From: Candidatus Poribacteria bacterium
GTDB taxonomy: Bacteria > Poribacteria > WGA-4E > PCPOR2b
DNA length: 64,000 nt
Direction of reading: 5' to 3'
NCBI GenBank assembly: GCA_965198175.1
Contig: OZ240245.1
Coordinates: 32,001-96,000, forward strand
Part shown: positions 10,774 to 22,021 of the stretch, in pieces
Layout: every line of letters starts with the position of its first letter
Position numbering within the stretch: position 1 is the stretch's first letter
Notes under the pieces: model-generated
Database searches by the model: none
The model's input: only the letters and a program-made list of their open reading frames with translations
What the model was told of the DNA's origin: nothing
Program-made: the position numbers and the translations under genes

Positions 10774-11250
10774 TTACTCATCTGGACGGATCCAACTTAC
10801 TACATCTTCGGCTTCGCCGGCTCCACCTTCACGTCCATCACTTCCAAAAGAGATTAAATCGTAGCCGTAGCGATCATGGACGCCGGGACGAATATAGATG
10901 TACTCATTCTGCCACGGATCTTTCGTGTAAGGAATCTTCAAATACGGGCCATTCCAATTGACTGGAATAGGCGGTTTCTCAGGTTTCTCCCAGAGCGCAG
11001 CAAGCCCTTGTGCGGTCGATGGGTAATCCCCATTGTCTTTTGCATAGCTATCAAGTGAAATGCCGATTGTTTCAATCTCTTCAGCAGCTTGCGCCTGAAG
11101 GGCTTTTCCTGCTTGCCCAAGTAAGCGACCGCCGCCAAAAACGATTGCCGCCGCAACACCGATGATTACAATCACAACGAGGAGTTGGGTGGATGTCAGA
11201 CCAGACTGTTGATTGTCAATCCTACTCAAACGAATTACCTCCATTATCAT
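10774..11250 (-). CDS. gspG: Type II secretion major pseudopilin GspG-like protein
   Basis: Prepilin-like hydrophobic N-terminus (G-LTSTQLLVVIVIIG), YPSTAQGLAAL, WNGPYL, DPWQNEYIY, YDLISFGSDG. Confidence 0.85.
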   Translation of the reverse strand: MIMEVIRLSRIDNQQSGLTSTQLLVVIVIIGVAAAIVFGGGRLLGQAGKALQAQAAEEIETIGISLDSYAKDNGDYPSTAQGLAALWEKPEKPPIPVNWNGPYLKIPYTKDPWQNEYIYIRPGVHDRYGYDLISFGSDGREGGAGEAEDVVSWIRPDE

Positions 11251-11391
11251 TGGATGGTCTCATTTTAGCACAACCCCCTTATGCGTTCAAGTATAATCCG
11301 ATTGACTTTAGGAATTTCCAAAACTTGTAATCGTCGACAAAATGTCGCTTAGCCGCAAGCACAATAATCTATTTGAACCTCAAGAAAATCA

Positions 11392-12297
11392 TCAGAACGG
11401 CTGTTCGTCAAACTCCTGTTCCAACGCTCGCACTTTATCCATCCCTGTGAGCTGTGCGACTTCTTTAAGTGGCATTAGCTCATCCACTAACGCTTTTGTG
11501 GTACCCTTTTCCTGAAGTTCCTTCATGACTAAAGTAACTGCCCTTGCTGCTGCCATGAGTGCGGTCATGGGGTAAATGACAACCTTAAATCCCATATGGT
11601 ACAGTTCGTCACTAGTGAGCAACGGTCTCCCGACGGATTCTGTCATATTTGCTAATACATGGGCATAAGGGCCAACTCTCTGAGCAACAATCTTTAATTC
11701 GTCGATAGTTTCCTCCGAGTAACCCGGATCGACAAAGATGATGTCAGCGCCTGCATGGGCGTAGGCGATGCCTCGCTGCACCCCCTCTTCCAGTCCTACA
11801 GCCCGACTTGCGTGTGTTCGGGCAATCACTACAAAATCTGGGTCCATCTCCGCTCGTACCTTGGCGACGGCTTTCAGTTTACGAGCCATCGCTTTCACTG
11901 GGATAACTTTGCTGCCTCCTAAAGATGGCGATCGCTTGGGCGACACCTGATCTTCAATATACATGCCCGCCAGTCCTGACCGAATGACTTCTCGTGTTGT
12001 CCGCAGTACGTTGAAGACATCTCCGAATCCATCATCCACATCGCAAATTACAGGGAAATCTACTGTGGCTGCCATGTTTCTGGCATAGTTTATCATTTCG
12101 GTGGCAGTAAGCATCCCTATATCTGGCATACCCAGAAAACTTGCTGCTGTATTGTAGCCACCGTGCAAAGCCACCTTGAACCCAGCGCGTTCTATGATGC
12201 GAAGGGAAAGGCAGTCATAAGCACAGGGCGCAACAATCACTCCAGGCCGTGCCAGTAACTCACGGAGTCGTGTGGATCTTTTCTTCCCGTTTATCAT
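11392..12297 (-). CDS. Isocitrate lyase/PEP mutase superfamily enzyme
   Basis: AYDCLS, GMPDIG, ICDVDDGFG, YIEDQVSPKR, VIART, AGADIIF. Confidence 0.88.
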   Translation of the reverse strand: MINGKKRSTRLRELLARPGVIVAPCAYDCLSLRIIERAGFKVALHGGYNTAASFLGMPDIGMLTATEMINYARNMAATVDFPVICDVDDGFGDVFNVLRTTREVIRSGLAGMYIEDQVSPKRSPSLGGSKVIPVKAMARKLKAVAKVRAEMDPDFVVIARTHASRAVGLEEGVQRGIAYAHAGADIIFVDPGYSEETIDELKIVAQRVGPYAHVLANMTESVGRPLLTSDELYHMGFKVVIYPMTALMAAARAVTLVMKELQEKGTTKALVDELMPLKEVAQLTGMDKVRALEQEFDEQPF

Positions 12298-12361
12298 AGG
12301 ACTTATAGCGCGAATAAAAGTTATTCATGCCGAGAGTCATCGGTATTAGGTGATTCTGTCT

Positions 12362-12760
12362 TTACCGTATACGTTCCCAATCCTTCATCAAGTCCCGATA
12401 CGCTCCAACCGGGCCAAATACAGGAGGCGTATTCACCCAGTAGAGTTCCATTTCCTCATCCCCAGTGTTGATGGCGCGATGACCAACGCCAGGGGCGATG
12501 TAAACCGCTGTTCCTTGCTCAACATCTACCACGCGCTCGTCCAATACAAATTGTCCCGTCCCTCCCACAACGTAATAGATCTCTTCTCCTTCGTGCACGC
12601 TCAGCTTCGTTTGTTCCTCACCAGCCGGTAATATTACGATACCGGCAGCGATATTAGCAGTGGGTGTGATGTCTCTTTCGAACATCAAGCCCATGCACCG
12701 CCGGTGGGGAAGTGGCGCTTTCCATAGCATACACTCATTCGTCTTCACAACATCCTTCAT
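12362..12760 (-). CDS. Cupin domain protein
   Basis: VHEGEEIYYVVGG...YIAPGVGH cupin motifs. Confidence 0.85.
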   Translation of the reverse strand: MKDVVKTNECMLWKAPLPHRRCMGLMFERDITPTANIAAGIVILPAGEEQTKLSVHEGEEIYYVVGGTGQFVLDERVVDVEQGTAVYIAPGVGHRAINTGDEEMELYWVNTPPVFGPVGAYRDLMKDWERIR

Positions 12761-12839
12761 CGGTTTTCCTCCCTTTTTTCCAATTGGTGCTTCGTCCCTG
12801 ACACAACATCCCTAGCCGACGTTCTACTTTTTGATTCCC

Positions 12840-13625
12840 TCACATTTCCTCTGCCAACGCCTCTGCGCTCGTAGCTGGTGACATGGCGTATACGCCACCA
12901 TCCACACAAAGGAGAGAACCGTTCACATAGTCCGATTCCGAAGACGCCAAGAACAAGGCGGCGCGTGCTTGTTCTTCGGGTTTTCCCAGTCTTTGAAGTG
13001 GCACTCGCTTTGCCCGATCGGCGCGATATCCCTCAGTTGTCGATTCTAGCAGCATCGGTGTGGCAGTTGCCCCAGGACAGATGCAGTTGACGTGGATATT
13101 GTACTTTCCCCATTCGACAGCCAGTGCTCTAGTTAGCCCTGCGACGCCGTGCTTTGAAGCTGTATAATGTGCCATGTAGGGCACGCCACTAATGCCCGCT
13201 GTAGATGCAAAATTCACAATCTTCCCAGACCGCTGATCGATCATAACCTTTCCAACTTCCCTACAGCACAAGAAAACCCCCGTCAAATTCACGTCAAGCA
13301 CTCGTCGCCACTGCTGCAAGGAGAGCTCCGCTGTCGGCGCAAACTCGGCTATGCCGACACAGTTGACGAGGATGTCAATCCTATGAAATTCTTGTAATAC
13401 GACATCGACCAACCTTAGCACTTGGTCCTCATCTACCACATTTAGTTCTAGTGCTAGCCCATGACCTCCTGCCTTCTCGACTTTTGATACCACATCGTCC
13501 GCCTTAGCATCATTTATATCCCCGATGATGACCTTCGCACCTTCTTGGGCAAAAAGTTGAGCGATAGATGCACCCATGCCGGATGCTCCGCCCGTGACAA
13601 TAACGACTTTGTTCTGTAGCTTCAT
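12840..13625 (-). CDS. SDR family oxidoreductase
   Basis: VTGGASGMG, YTASK, VNCICPG. Confidence 0.9.
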   Translation of the reverse strand: MKLQNKVVIVTGGASGMGASIAQLFAQEGAKVIIGDINDAKADDVVSKVEKAGGHGLALELNVVDEDQVLRLVDVVLQEFHRIDILVNCVGIAEFAPTAELSLQQWRRVLDVNLTGVFLCCREVGKVMIDQRSGKIVNFASTAGISGVPYMAHYTASKHGVAGLTRALAVEWGKYNIHVNCICPGATATPMLLESTTEGYRADRAKRVPLQRLGKPEEQARAALFLASSESDYVNGSLLCVDGGVYAMSPATSAEALAEEM

Positions 13626-13693
13626 GCAATTTTTCTCGTTGCTGGCTGATACTGAGGAAATCGGTATCGCTTGGGAATGACACATGCTTCGAT

Positions 13694-14485
13694 TTACTCA
13701 AAGTGATGTGCGCGAATACATGCAGTTAACCCGCCATCCACTGGCAGCACAACACCGGTTATCCATGAGGAATCTGGGGATGCAAGGAAGAGCGTAGCTT
13801 TCGCGACGTCCGATAACTTACCTAGTCTGCCCATTGGGATAGATCTCAGCATTCCTTCCTTGAACGCCGGACTCGTTGCTTCCATTAACAATGGCGTCTC
13901 GATTGTTGCTGGACAAATGCAGTTGACATTTATATTATATGATCCCAAGTCTACGGAGAGAGCTCTCGTGAGCCCCACAACCCCGTGTTTAGCAATGCTA
14001 TATGAAGCAGCCTGGGGAATTGCTCGAACCGCCGCCGCTGACCCAATATTGATAATCTTGCCGCTTCGTTTTCTCATCATCTCAGGCATCACTGCGTGAC
14101 AGGTGTTCCAGGTGCCATCGAGATTGGTGGAACGTATCTTCTCCCAAAGCTCCATCGAATAGGCATCAGGTGGCACAAAATGGTTCCAGCCCGCACAGTT
14201 GATTAGGATATCAACTGTGCCAAACTGCTGCATAATCTTCTCCATTTCCGCTTTCAATGCCTCACAGTCTGTTATGTCTGTTCTTGAAGCAATAGCTTCG
14301 CCATCGAGTTGTTCAATTGCCTTGGCTACCCTGATGCCTCCAGGACCATCAATGTCCATAACGACCAATGCGGCACCCTGTCGAGCGAACTCCATGCAAA
14401 TTCCTTCGCCGATACCCGATGCGCCACCTGTGACGATTGCGACCTTACCCTGCAATTGACCGCTACTTGATGATTTGTCCCCCAT
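13694..14485 (-). CDS. SDR family oxidoreductase
   Basis: VTGGASGIG, YSIAK, VNCICP. Confidence 0.9.
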   Translation of the reverse strand: MGDKSSSSGQLQGKVAIVTGGASGIGEGICMEFARQGAALVVMDIDGPGGIRVAKAIEQLDGEAIASRTDITDCEALKAEMEKIMQQFGTVDILINCAGWNHFVPPDAYSMELWEKIRSTNLDGTWNTCHAVMPEMMRKRSGKIINIGSAAAVRAIPQAASYSIAKHGVVGLTRALSVDLGSYNINVNCICPATIETPLLMEATSPAFKEGMLRSIPMGRLGKLSDVAKATLFLASPDSSWITGVVLPVDGGLTACIRAHHFE

Positions 14486-14811
14486 TGATGTCCTCCTGTT
14501 GAAGCAGTTTCAGGTTCAATCATCGCCCTATTTTGTGCATATTATACGCGAATTCATCCCAAAGTCAAGTAGAAAGAAAACATAGAAACAACACTCGTTG
14601 CCCCCCGATAAAAGAAGAAGCGTCACGATGACCGTGTTCTTACTCGGCACGACACAGTTTTGATATTTCTTCCCAAGATTCGGATTTTTCTCTTGATTTT
14701 TAGTACGAAGGCTCTTATAATTCTTGGACTCTAGCACTTGAGCAGAACATGGAGTACATCTGATTCGAAAACAGAATTAACCATCGACATCAATTTCAAA
14801 AGGCTCACTTA

Positions 14812-16293
14812 ATGTTGTTTGCTGAGGAACCTAGGCATTTCAACGTGCAACATCCCGCCGACAGTAAGCGGTTGATTCCAGCTCTCCTGCCTCGCGACGA
14901 GCGTGGGCATCAGTTTGTCGTCTATGCGGATTGTTGTTCCGGAGTACCTGGCAGCACAAACGAACGAAACTTCGCGGCGGTGAACGCCGTGGTAGCGAAC
15001 ATCCATCCCCAACCTGATTTTATCATTTTTCCTGGCGACCATATCATGGGGTTGACCCAGGATTATGCCTCGTTGCGTCAGCAATGGAACTATTGGCTGC
15101 ATACGGAAATGGGATGGCTCAAGAACCGGTCCGTAGAAATCTTCCACACAACCAGCAACCATAACACATACGACGTGGAAAGCGAACAAGTGTGGCGGGA
15201 AGTCTTTCCTGAAATCCCCCGCAATGGTCCTACTGGTCAGGAAGGGTTATCTTATGTCGTGCGTCGCAACAACTTCCTGCTTGTATGTGTCAATACGGCG
15301 TTCTCTGGACTGGGGGGTAATGGCCATGTTGACCATGAATGGCTAGACCGAGTGCTGCGCGACAATGACGATGCCACTTACAAGTTCGTCGCGGGCCACC
15401 ATCCGGCTCGACCTGTCAATGGCTACGAGCGGTATCCGTTCTGGCGGATTTTCCCCAATGAAGGAGACGCGTTCTGGGACGTGTTGGTTAAACATCGTGT
15501 CCAAGCCTACCTTTGCAGTCACATTATTGCTTTTGACGTTCAGGCGCGCGATGGGGTGCTTCAAATTTGCACCGGTGGAGCGGGGACCAACTATGGACCA
15601 GGCGGCTTCATGCCCGGTCGAACAGAATACCTCCACGCCGCGCAGTTTGCTGTTGACCCCCGTGGTGTATGCTACCAAGTGCTCGATACAAATGGTGCAA
15701 TGCGTGAGTGGCTTGAATGGCCTTTATCGTTACCACCGGCAGATGAATGGGAACAGGTTAAGCCAGAGGATGCGGCTACAAAGTTCGGGTGCGCTTGGAA
15801 TGATTCCAGCCACAAACCTGCCGATGATTGGCTTTGTGTATGGCGCTTTTCAGGAGTGCTGCACGGCATTACGACTGACAAGAACTCACAGACCCTCCTC
15901 TGTGGATGGGACGACCTTGAGGGGCCTGCAACAATCTGGATTGGATTTGAAGGCTGTCCGCCGGTGCTCACGATTAAACTCTTGACCGAATCTGGAATGG
16001 GAACACAGACTTGGACGGGCACGGCGTTGACACCGGGAGAACCTTTTGATTTCCACTTGGCTCTACACAGCGGGATGGGCCCCGGCGGTGTTCTGTATCG
16101 ACTAGATGACACATCTCCTTGGTCGTCATTGCAATCATCTGCATCCATGGGGGTGGAAAATCTTGTATGGCCGCGTAAATGGGACGTTGGTCACAGCCAG
16201 AGCGGCACATCCGATCGCCCGTTTCTAGGTGACAAACTGCGTATAGCGTGGACGAAACGCCATCTCCCAACACCTACGCTAATCGGTCATTGA
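14812..16293 (+). CDS. Calcineurin-like metallophosphoesterase with C-terminal extension
   Basis: VYAD, FPGDH, SNHN, AGHHP, CSH motifs in metallophosphoesterase order. Confidence 0.72.
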   Translation: MLFAEEPRHFNVQHPADSKRLIPALLPRDERGHQFVVYADCCSGVPGSTNERNFAAVNAVVANIHPQPDFIIFPGDHIMGLTQDYASLRQQWNYWLHTEMGWLKNRSVEIFHTTSNHNTYDVESEQVWREVFPEIPRNGPTGQEGLSYVVRRNNFLLVCVNTAFSGLGGNGHVDHEWLDRVLRDNDDATYKFVAGHHPARPVNGYERYPFWRIFPNEGDAFWDVLVKHRVQAYLCSHIIAFDVQARDGVLQICTGGAGTNYGPGGFMPGRTEYLHAAQFAVDPRGVCYQVLDTNGAMREWLEWPLSLPPADEWEQVKPEDAATKFGCAWNDSSHKPADDWLCVWRFSGVLHGITTDKNSQTLLCGWDDLEGPATIWIGFEGCPPVLTIKLLTESGMGTQTWTGTALTPGEPFDFHLALHSGMGPGGVLYRLDDTSPWSSLQSSASMGVENLVWPRKWDVGHSQSGTSDRPFLGDKLRIAWTKRHLPTPTLIGH

Positions 16294-16341
16294 CCCAGAC
16301 GGTTTTCTGATAGAGACTTAGCTTGCATTTGGGTAAAAAAA

Positions 16342-17178
16342 ATGAAGGTGCGATTCGTGTTTGCTGTTTCTATACTCTTCTCCGCTGGGCAAATCCTTGT
16401 CGCTACAGCGGGCGCGCCGGAGGATTTGCTGATTTACCTTCCATTTAATGAAGGAAACGGGGTTCGAACCGAAGACGCTTCGGGAAATGGTTTTGATGGC
16501 AAACTCAAAAATGGAGCTAAGTGGACAGAGAACGGGAAGGGCGGAAGCGCCGTAGAATTTGGGAACGGGAACAATACTCATGTAGCAGCGGAGGGGAAAA
16601 TTCTCGATCCAATCTTAGAATCAGGGCAATTTACCCTCGGCGCTTACTTCAAACTCACACAGCATCAGGGTTTTGACGCAATTATCAGCGTTGAGATGCA
16701 GGGCGCCGGCTGTTGCAAATATCGCATTCTGGTAAGTCCGGGTTTCAATCCCTATTGGAACGCGTCAAATGGACCGCCAAATGACAGAACCTTTGCTGGT
16801 TTCAAGTTTAAACTGAATACATGGTACAATTTTGTCTTAACTTATGATGGTCAAAGGGGAAATGTCTATGTCAATGGGAAACTAATAACAGGTGTTGATG
16901 AGGTGATAAAACCGCCCATTGCTAGCCCATCGACGCTATACGTCGGGAGAGGCGAAGCTGACGGAATGCATACGTTGGAAGGCGGTGTTATCGACGAAGT
17001 TTTCGCTTTCAGCCGGGCTTTAACACAGAGGGAAATTCAAACTATCATGAAGGAAGGTGTAATTCCGGGCGTCAGTGCATTCGCTGTAAACCCAAAAGGC
17101 AAAATTTCAACCACCTGGTCCACCCTAAAAACACAGAGAATTGTGAACAGCTATCGAGAAGGAGGTGATGGATTGTAA
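16342..17178 (+). CDS. Secreted LamG/concanavalin-like jellyroll protein
   Basis: Signal peptide, YLPFNEGNG...DASGNG, WYNFVLTYDG, GVIDEVFAFSRAL, KISTTWSTLK tail. Confidence 0.85.
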   Translation: MKVRFVFAVSILFSAGQILVATAGAPEDLLIYLPFNEGNGVRTEDASGNGFDGKLKNGAKWTENGKGGSAVEFGNGNNTHVAAEGKILDPILESGQFTLGAYFKLTQHQGFDAIISVEMQGAGCCKYRILVSPGFNPYWNASNGPPNDRTFAGFKFKLNTWYNFVLTYDGQRGNVYVNGKLITGVDEVIKPPIASPSTLYVGRGEADGMHTLEGGVIDEVFAFSRALTQREIQTIMKEGVIPGVSAFAVNPKGKISTTWSTLKTQRIVNSYREGGDGL

Positions 17179-17327
17179 TTAATTGGTTGGCGACACAAAA
17201 TTATGTTCGCTATCCAGTTAAGCGATAACGCGCTGATATTAACATGCCCCTTTTTACTCAGAAAATGATTCCCCACAAGTTGATTTCATAATCGGGTTCA
17301 AAATAACCAACAAGGAGAAAAAACCTA

Positions 17328-18890
17328 ATGGCGAAACTCAACGACGTAAACACAACCGATATTCGTGACGCCATATCTCTGGGCTGTCGAACCATGTGTA
17401 ACGTTTTCGATGCGGACGACAATGACATCCCCTTTTTCGGGTCGCTCGTGCGCCCTGACGCGAAGTTAAGCTTCGCTCCCTATGCGTCGGAATCCCATGT
17501 TCCAGGCCGCCACTTGAACGCACTGTTAAATGCTGAAGATGCTATCGGAATTGAACTAGACGAGGATTCTATCGAAAAGCATGCCAATGCCGCGTTCTTT
17601 TCTTATAGCGGGCCCATACCGCTGCCCTTGAACCGCGAGACAATCGACGGCGAACTAAAAAATTGTATTGCACACAACATTCGAGAAGGCTTTCATGCGC
17701 TCTACGCTCTTGCCAAGTACCGCAAATCCGAGCGGGCTTGCCGCTTAGCTGAAGACTCCATCGCTGCCATCTTCGAACACTGGGACCCATCGCGCGGCTG
17801 GGATCGGGAACACATAGAAGAAATGGGGTTGAGAGCGCCGGGCGATGCATTCGTTACGGGCTTGGCGCGTGCCATTGGTCCGCTGGTGAAGTATTACGAA
17901 GCCACAGGGTATGGTCCCGCCTTGGATTTAGCAATTGTTCTCAAGGAGAAAACCATAAACGAAGTCTTCACCGAAGAGGGGGGATACGCCCCGGAGATTT
18001 TTGCCACGCATACGCATTCGACAACCTGCACCATGTCATCTCTTGCTCAACTCGCGGACCTAACAAGTGATTCAACACTCATGAATCGGGTGAAAACTTT
18101 TTACGACAACGGTCTATGGGACATTCGCGATGCTCTTGGGTGGGTCATTGAGTCTAGCCGCGAGGATGCATCTCCGGATAACGGCGAAGTGAATAACACC
18201 GGGGACATCGTCGAAACAGCGTTGATTCTAGGCAGTTGGGGTTACACCGATTATTACGAGGACACCGAGCGAATTTTGCGCGGACATCTGCTGCCTTCTC
18301 AACTGCGTGACATCTCCTTTATCCAAGAGCCGCCCAACCCAGAAGGGGAAGATGGCAAGCGCGATGTTGCCAACAGACATCTGGGGGCATTCGGCTTCCC
18401 AGCACCTTATGGTCACCAGGCAATTGAAACTTCCCACGTGAGTTTCAACATGGACATCGTCGGCGGTGCAGTGGGTTCGTTGTGTGAGGCATATCGGGAG
18501 ATCACACGGTTCGATGCCGCAGGACATTGGGTCAACCTTCTTTTTGATCACGAAACCGATGCAATCAAGGTTCAATCCCCTTATACGGGACCGGGATTAC
18601 GGGTTCGGACAAAACACCCGGCCCCCTTATTTGTCCGTATTCCGTCTTGGGTTGATCCAGCGAGTATAACGGTAGAGGGGACATCTGAATCGCCGCGGCA
18701 TACTAACGGCTATCTTTTTATCGGCGAGCCTCCAGTGAATCGGGGGTTATCCTTTAATTTCCCCATCCCCGAGCAGGAAATCCAACTCAAACATCGCACA
18801 AGGGAGATTCGCACTCGGCTCCGGGGCGATGCGGTAGTTGCAATGCAGAACTTCGGCGCGGATTTAACGTTCTTCGATCCTCTCGATTAA
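17328..18890 (+). CDS. Hypothetical protein, GH127-like (alpha/alpha)6 barrel plus beta domain
   Basis: HTHS, GEVNNTGD, YYEDTERILRGHL, LFVRIPSW resemble beta-L-arabinofuranosidase-like proteins. Confidence 0.5.
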   Translation: MAKLNDVNTTDIRDAISLGCRTMCNVFDADDNDIPFFGSLVRPDAKLSFAPYASESHVPGRHLNALLNAEDAIGIELDEDSIEKHANAAFFSYSGPIPLPLNRETIDGELKNCIAHNIREGFHALYALAKYRKSERACRLAEDSIAAIFEHWDPSRGWDREHIEEMGLRAPGDAFVTGLARAIGPLVKYYEATGYGPALDLAIVLKEKTINEVFTEEGGYAPEIFATHTHSTTCTMSSLAQLADLTSDSTLMNRVKTFYDNGLWDIRDALGWVIESSREDASPDNGEVNNTGDIVETALILGSWGYTDYYEDTERILRGHLLPSQLRDISFIQEPPNPEGEDGKRDVANRHLGAFGFPAPYGHQAIETSHVSFNMDIVGGAVGSLCEAYREITRFDAAGHWVNLLFDHETDAIKVQSPYTGPGLRVRTKHPAPLFVRIPSWVDPASITVEGTSESPRHTNGYLFIGEPPVNRGLSFNFPIPEQEIQLKHRTREIRTRLRGDAVVAMQNFGADLTFFDPLD

Positions 18891-19060
18891 CATGTCGCAC
18901 AAATATCATCTCTACGCGGTGTTACTGCACTCAGCGCGTTGAGTATGGAAATCCGAATAAATGTCTCAAGATTAAGCCAAGCTTGGGGCTTAGCGGAAAT
19001 TGTAGCGAGTCGTTTTTTTCCAAGCATGCCCAAATCTCACAAATTGGCTATAAATAAGCA

Positions 19061-20269
19061 CTATTCAGACTTGTGAAACGAATGGCTAACCTCCGACTGC
19101 TTCCGCAGTCGTCCTATGTCTTCCCAATACCCGGTTTCCCACGAGTGTTGAATCGCAGATTGCACCTGTGCCACTGCTAAAGCCTCTGCAAAGCCGGGCA
19201 CAGCTTGCTGACCATCTAGGATAGATTTCAAGAATTGGTAAGCTTCAATGACCTTGAGCTCTTCATAGCCTAAGCCAATACCCGGACCGGGATTAAATCG
19301 GGCATGGAAGGGATGCTCTGGCCCGCTCACGATGCGGACATAGCCTTCATGGGTTTTGTTCTCATCTGGAAGATAGAGGTGGAGTTCATTCATCCGCTCA
19401 AAGTCCCAGTTCAGCGCGCCGCGTGTTCCATTCACCTCGAACGCCATAGGAGATTTCATGCCGCTTATGATCCGGCATGCCTCTAGTGTGCCATGTGCCC
19501 CATTGTCAAATTGGACCAGTGCTCCCGCATAGTCTTCGTTAGTGACATCGCCCATCGGTCCTTCTGTGCGAGTTGTCGTATGTGTACCTTCGCCGGACAT
19601 GGGGACCGGGCGTTGGGAGATAAACGTCTCACGATTGCCAATCACACGCTTAATGGGGCCGGCAATCATATGCGCCAAATCAATCACATGCGACAGCAAA
19701 TCTCCCAAGGTTCCTAGCCCAGCAAGTTCTCGCTGAAACCGCCACGTCAGTACCGTTTTAGGATTACTAGCCCAACCCGTAAAGAATTTGCCCCGGTAGT
19801 GGGTTAGCTTACCCAGACGCCCCGCCTGGATCAGGTGGTGCGCGTACTGTACAAGCGGCGCCCACCTGTAATTGTAACCCACAAAAGTTAAAACGCCCGC
19901 TCGGCGTGCTGCCCGGGCAATTTCATCCGTTTCCTGTGGGTTTCGACCGACAGGTTTCTCGCAGAAGATGTGTTTCCCTGCTTCGGCTGCTGCCCGGGCA
20001 ATTTCAAGATGCACGTTGTTCGATGCAGCAATATTCACCACCTCAACAGCCGGATCAGCAATTACTTGCTTCCAATCCGCGGTGTACCTCTCAAAACCGA
20101 ACCGCGTTTTCGCTTGGCTTGCACGACTTTCCGCCTCATCTGCGCAAATTACCAGGCGGGGTTGGATGCCACTGTCATGAAAACGATGCGGAATTTCTCG
20201 GTAGGATCGACTGTGTGTCATCCCCATCCAACCCAACCCGATTACGCCGATGCCAATCGTACGCGTCAT
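19061..20269 (-). CDS. Gfo/Idh/MocA family oxidoreductase
   Basis: [31 protein letters not shown]. Confidence 0.9.
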   Translation of the reverse strand: MTRTIGIGVIGLGWMGMTHSRSYREIPHRFHDSGIQPRLVICADEAESRASQAKTRFGFERYTADWKQVIADPAVEVVNIAASNNVHLEIARAAAEAGKHIFCEKPVGRNPQETDEIARAARRAGVLTFVGYNYRWAPLVQYAHHLIQAGRLGKLTHYRGKFFTGWASNPKTVLTWRFQRELAGLGTLGDLLSHVIDLAHMIAGPIKRVIGNRETFISQRPVPMSGEGTHTTTRTEGPMGDVTNEDYAGALVQFDNGAHGTLEACRIISGMKSPMAFEVNGTRGALNWDFERMNELHLYLPDENKTHEGYVRIVSGPEHPFHARFNPGPGIGLGYEELKVIEAYQFLKSILDGQQAVPGFAEALAVAQVQSAIQHSWETGYWEDIGRLRKQSEVSHSFHKSE

Positions 20270-20385
20270 AGTTCCTCTCCTTCGCTACCAAAACTTGGCG
20301 AATCCGGTTGAAGTGATAAATACAGGTCGGCGTAATGGATTACCCCTCAACCTCTCCCTGAGCAGAACAGAGCTTGTACGTCCAA

Positions 20386-21657
20386 CTAACCTGCAATCAA
20401 TCGGCGGATGCGATCGTCGAGCGCTTTTTGGTCGGTGGCAAACGAGGCTAGTCCACCGAGGTTTAAGAGCGTGTCGATCGCTAGTTCTCCTGATTTGACG
20501 CGATCTGCCCAGATTTTGTGATTCGGTATTTTTCCGTCGGATGCGATTTGGTCGAGATCTGTTTCAGAAAGCCTGGGGAACAGATCGCCGGCCCCAACAT
20601 CATGTGCTTGCATCACCAACTCCTCCGCCGTCCGAGGGACATCGGTTGTGAGGCTGTCAACGAACCGACGCTCGGACTCCGAAACTTCCCAGAACGTATG
20701 TATACGGAGATCCGATGCACTGACCTCGTCGTTGAGATGTATCGAATAATCGTTTTCACCACTGTGTTCCCACTCTCCAGAGAGTTCATTCTTGGCAGCA
20801 GATGCAACCTTTACAGGCATGGTGATAACGTCAATTCCTGCCAAATCCGCAAGCTGTGCAGCTCCTCTCAAGCTCGCGGCGATTTGCTGAGTCGGTTCGC
20901 GAGTCCCCTGACTAAGGTTTTTGACGGCTCGCTGGCTCGCAAGGGAAGACTTTTCACCGACCAACTTGCCGTCCCCCAATTGATTATCAACCATGTAAGC
21001 ATTAAGCCGACCGAGGAAGACGTTAACGAACGAAGGCGCACTAAATGCCGTTGCTATGTAATTATGTCGTGCGCTGAATCCCAAAGTGAAATTAACTGGT
21101 ACTCCTGATTCTCGCAAGCGTCGCGTGGCAATTAGGCCCGCCGGCGTCAGCGGTATTTTTATGATAAAGGACTCGGGGCAAATGTTGTAATACCGGTAAC
21201 CATAGGATACGCTTCTCTCAATGTCATGTGCCAGATCCGTATGTAGTTCTACGCTTACCCTGCCGCCAAATCGCTGAGCTAGACGAAGTCCATGATGGGC
21301 ATTTAGGACAAACGCAATCTCGATAATCCGGGTCTGCATATCCAACCCAGAAAGCGCATCGGCAGCTTTCTGAATCAGATCATCGTAGATGCCTTTTTGC
21401 ACTTCGGCGTTAAGCAAGGTATTGTTCGTCGTTAGGGCGGTGAATTCATCAGTCCATAGCGGCGTTGCTCCGTCGATGTCACCTGTGTCGAGCCACAGCT
21501 CGGTACCAAGGTCACACAATGCTTTCCAGAATGGATCGGATTCGGTGTCAAGACGCTCGGCATGTAAATCAACACCTTCTTTTACAAAATCGTGGATAGG
21601 GTCAACGATATTTACAGCAGGTTGCACTGGCTGCGTTAGTATGTTCTCGCTAGACAT
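20386..21657 (-). CDS. Transaldolase family protein
   Basis: LWLDTG, LTTNN, RVSVE, IKIP (Schiff-base Lys), VNFTLGFS, FLGR. Confidence 0.82.
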   Translation of the reverse strand: MSSENILTQPVQPAVNIVDPIHDFVKEGVDLHAERLDTESDPFWKALCDLGTELWLDTGDIDGATPLWTDEFTALTTNNTLLNAEVQKGIYDDLIQKAADALSGLDMQTRIIEIAFVLNAHHGLRLAQRFGGRVSVELHTDLAHDIERSVSYGYRYYNICPESFIIKIPLTPAGLIATRRLRESGVPVNFTLGFSARHNYIATAFSAPSFVNVFLGRLNAYMVDNQLGDGKLVGEKSSLASQRAVKNLSQGTREPTQQIAASLRGAAQLADLAGIDVITMPVKVASAAKNELSGEWEHSGENDYSIHLNDEVSASDLRIHTFWEVSESERRFVDSLTTDVPRTAEELVMQAHDVGAGDLFPRLSETDLDQIASDGKIPNHKIWADRVKSGELAIDTLLNLGGLASFATDQKALDDRIRRLIAG

Positions 21658-22021
21658 GATCACTCCTTCCAAAATAGACTGTACCAGATGTAGCCAAAAG
21701 GGAAGCCGAGAGAAGCTCTCCGTACTCCCATAATCCGCCGGTTGGAAAGATTTCGTAGAGATGAACCCTGTTTCGAGATGGTTGGGGCTGAGACGATAGG
21801 TCCAGAACGATAAATTATACCATTTCTGATAGAAAACTTCCCATAAAATCGGTATAATATCCCGCTTCGTCCCTCATATGTGAGACTATGGCAGATAAAG
21901 GAAAGTGGCGAGCAAAAGGACTTCTTACTTTCCACTTGCGTCGTGAAAAGCATGTGGTGTCTAAGGGAAGCCTACGCGTTAAGTAATAATCAGCACTCCA
22001 TCAGCTACCAATCCTCAGTTC

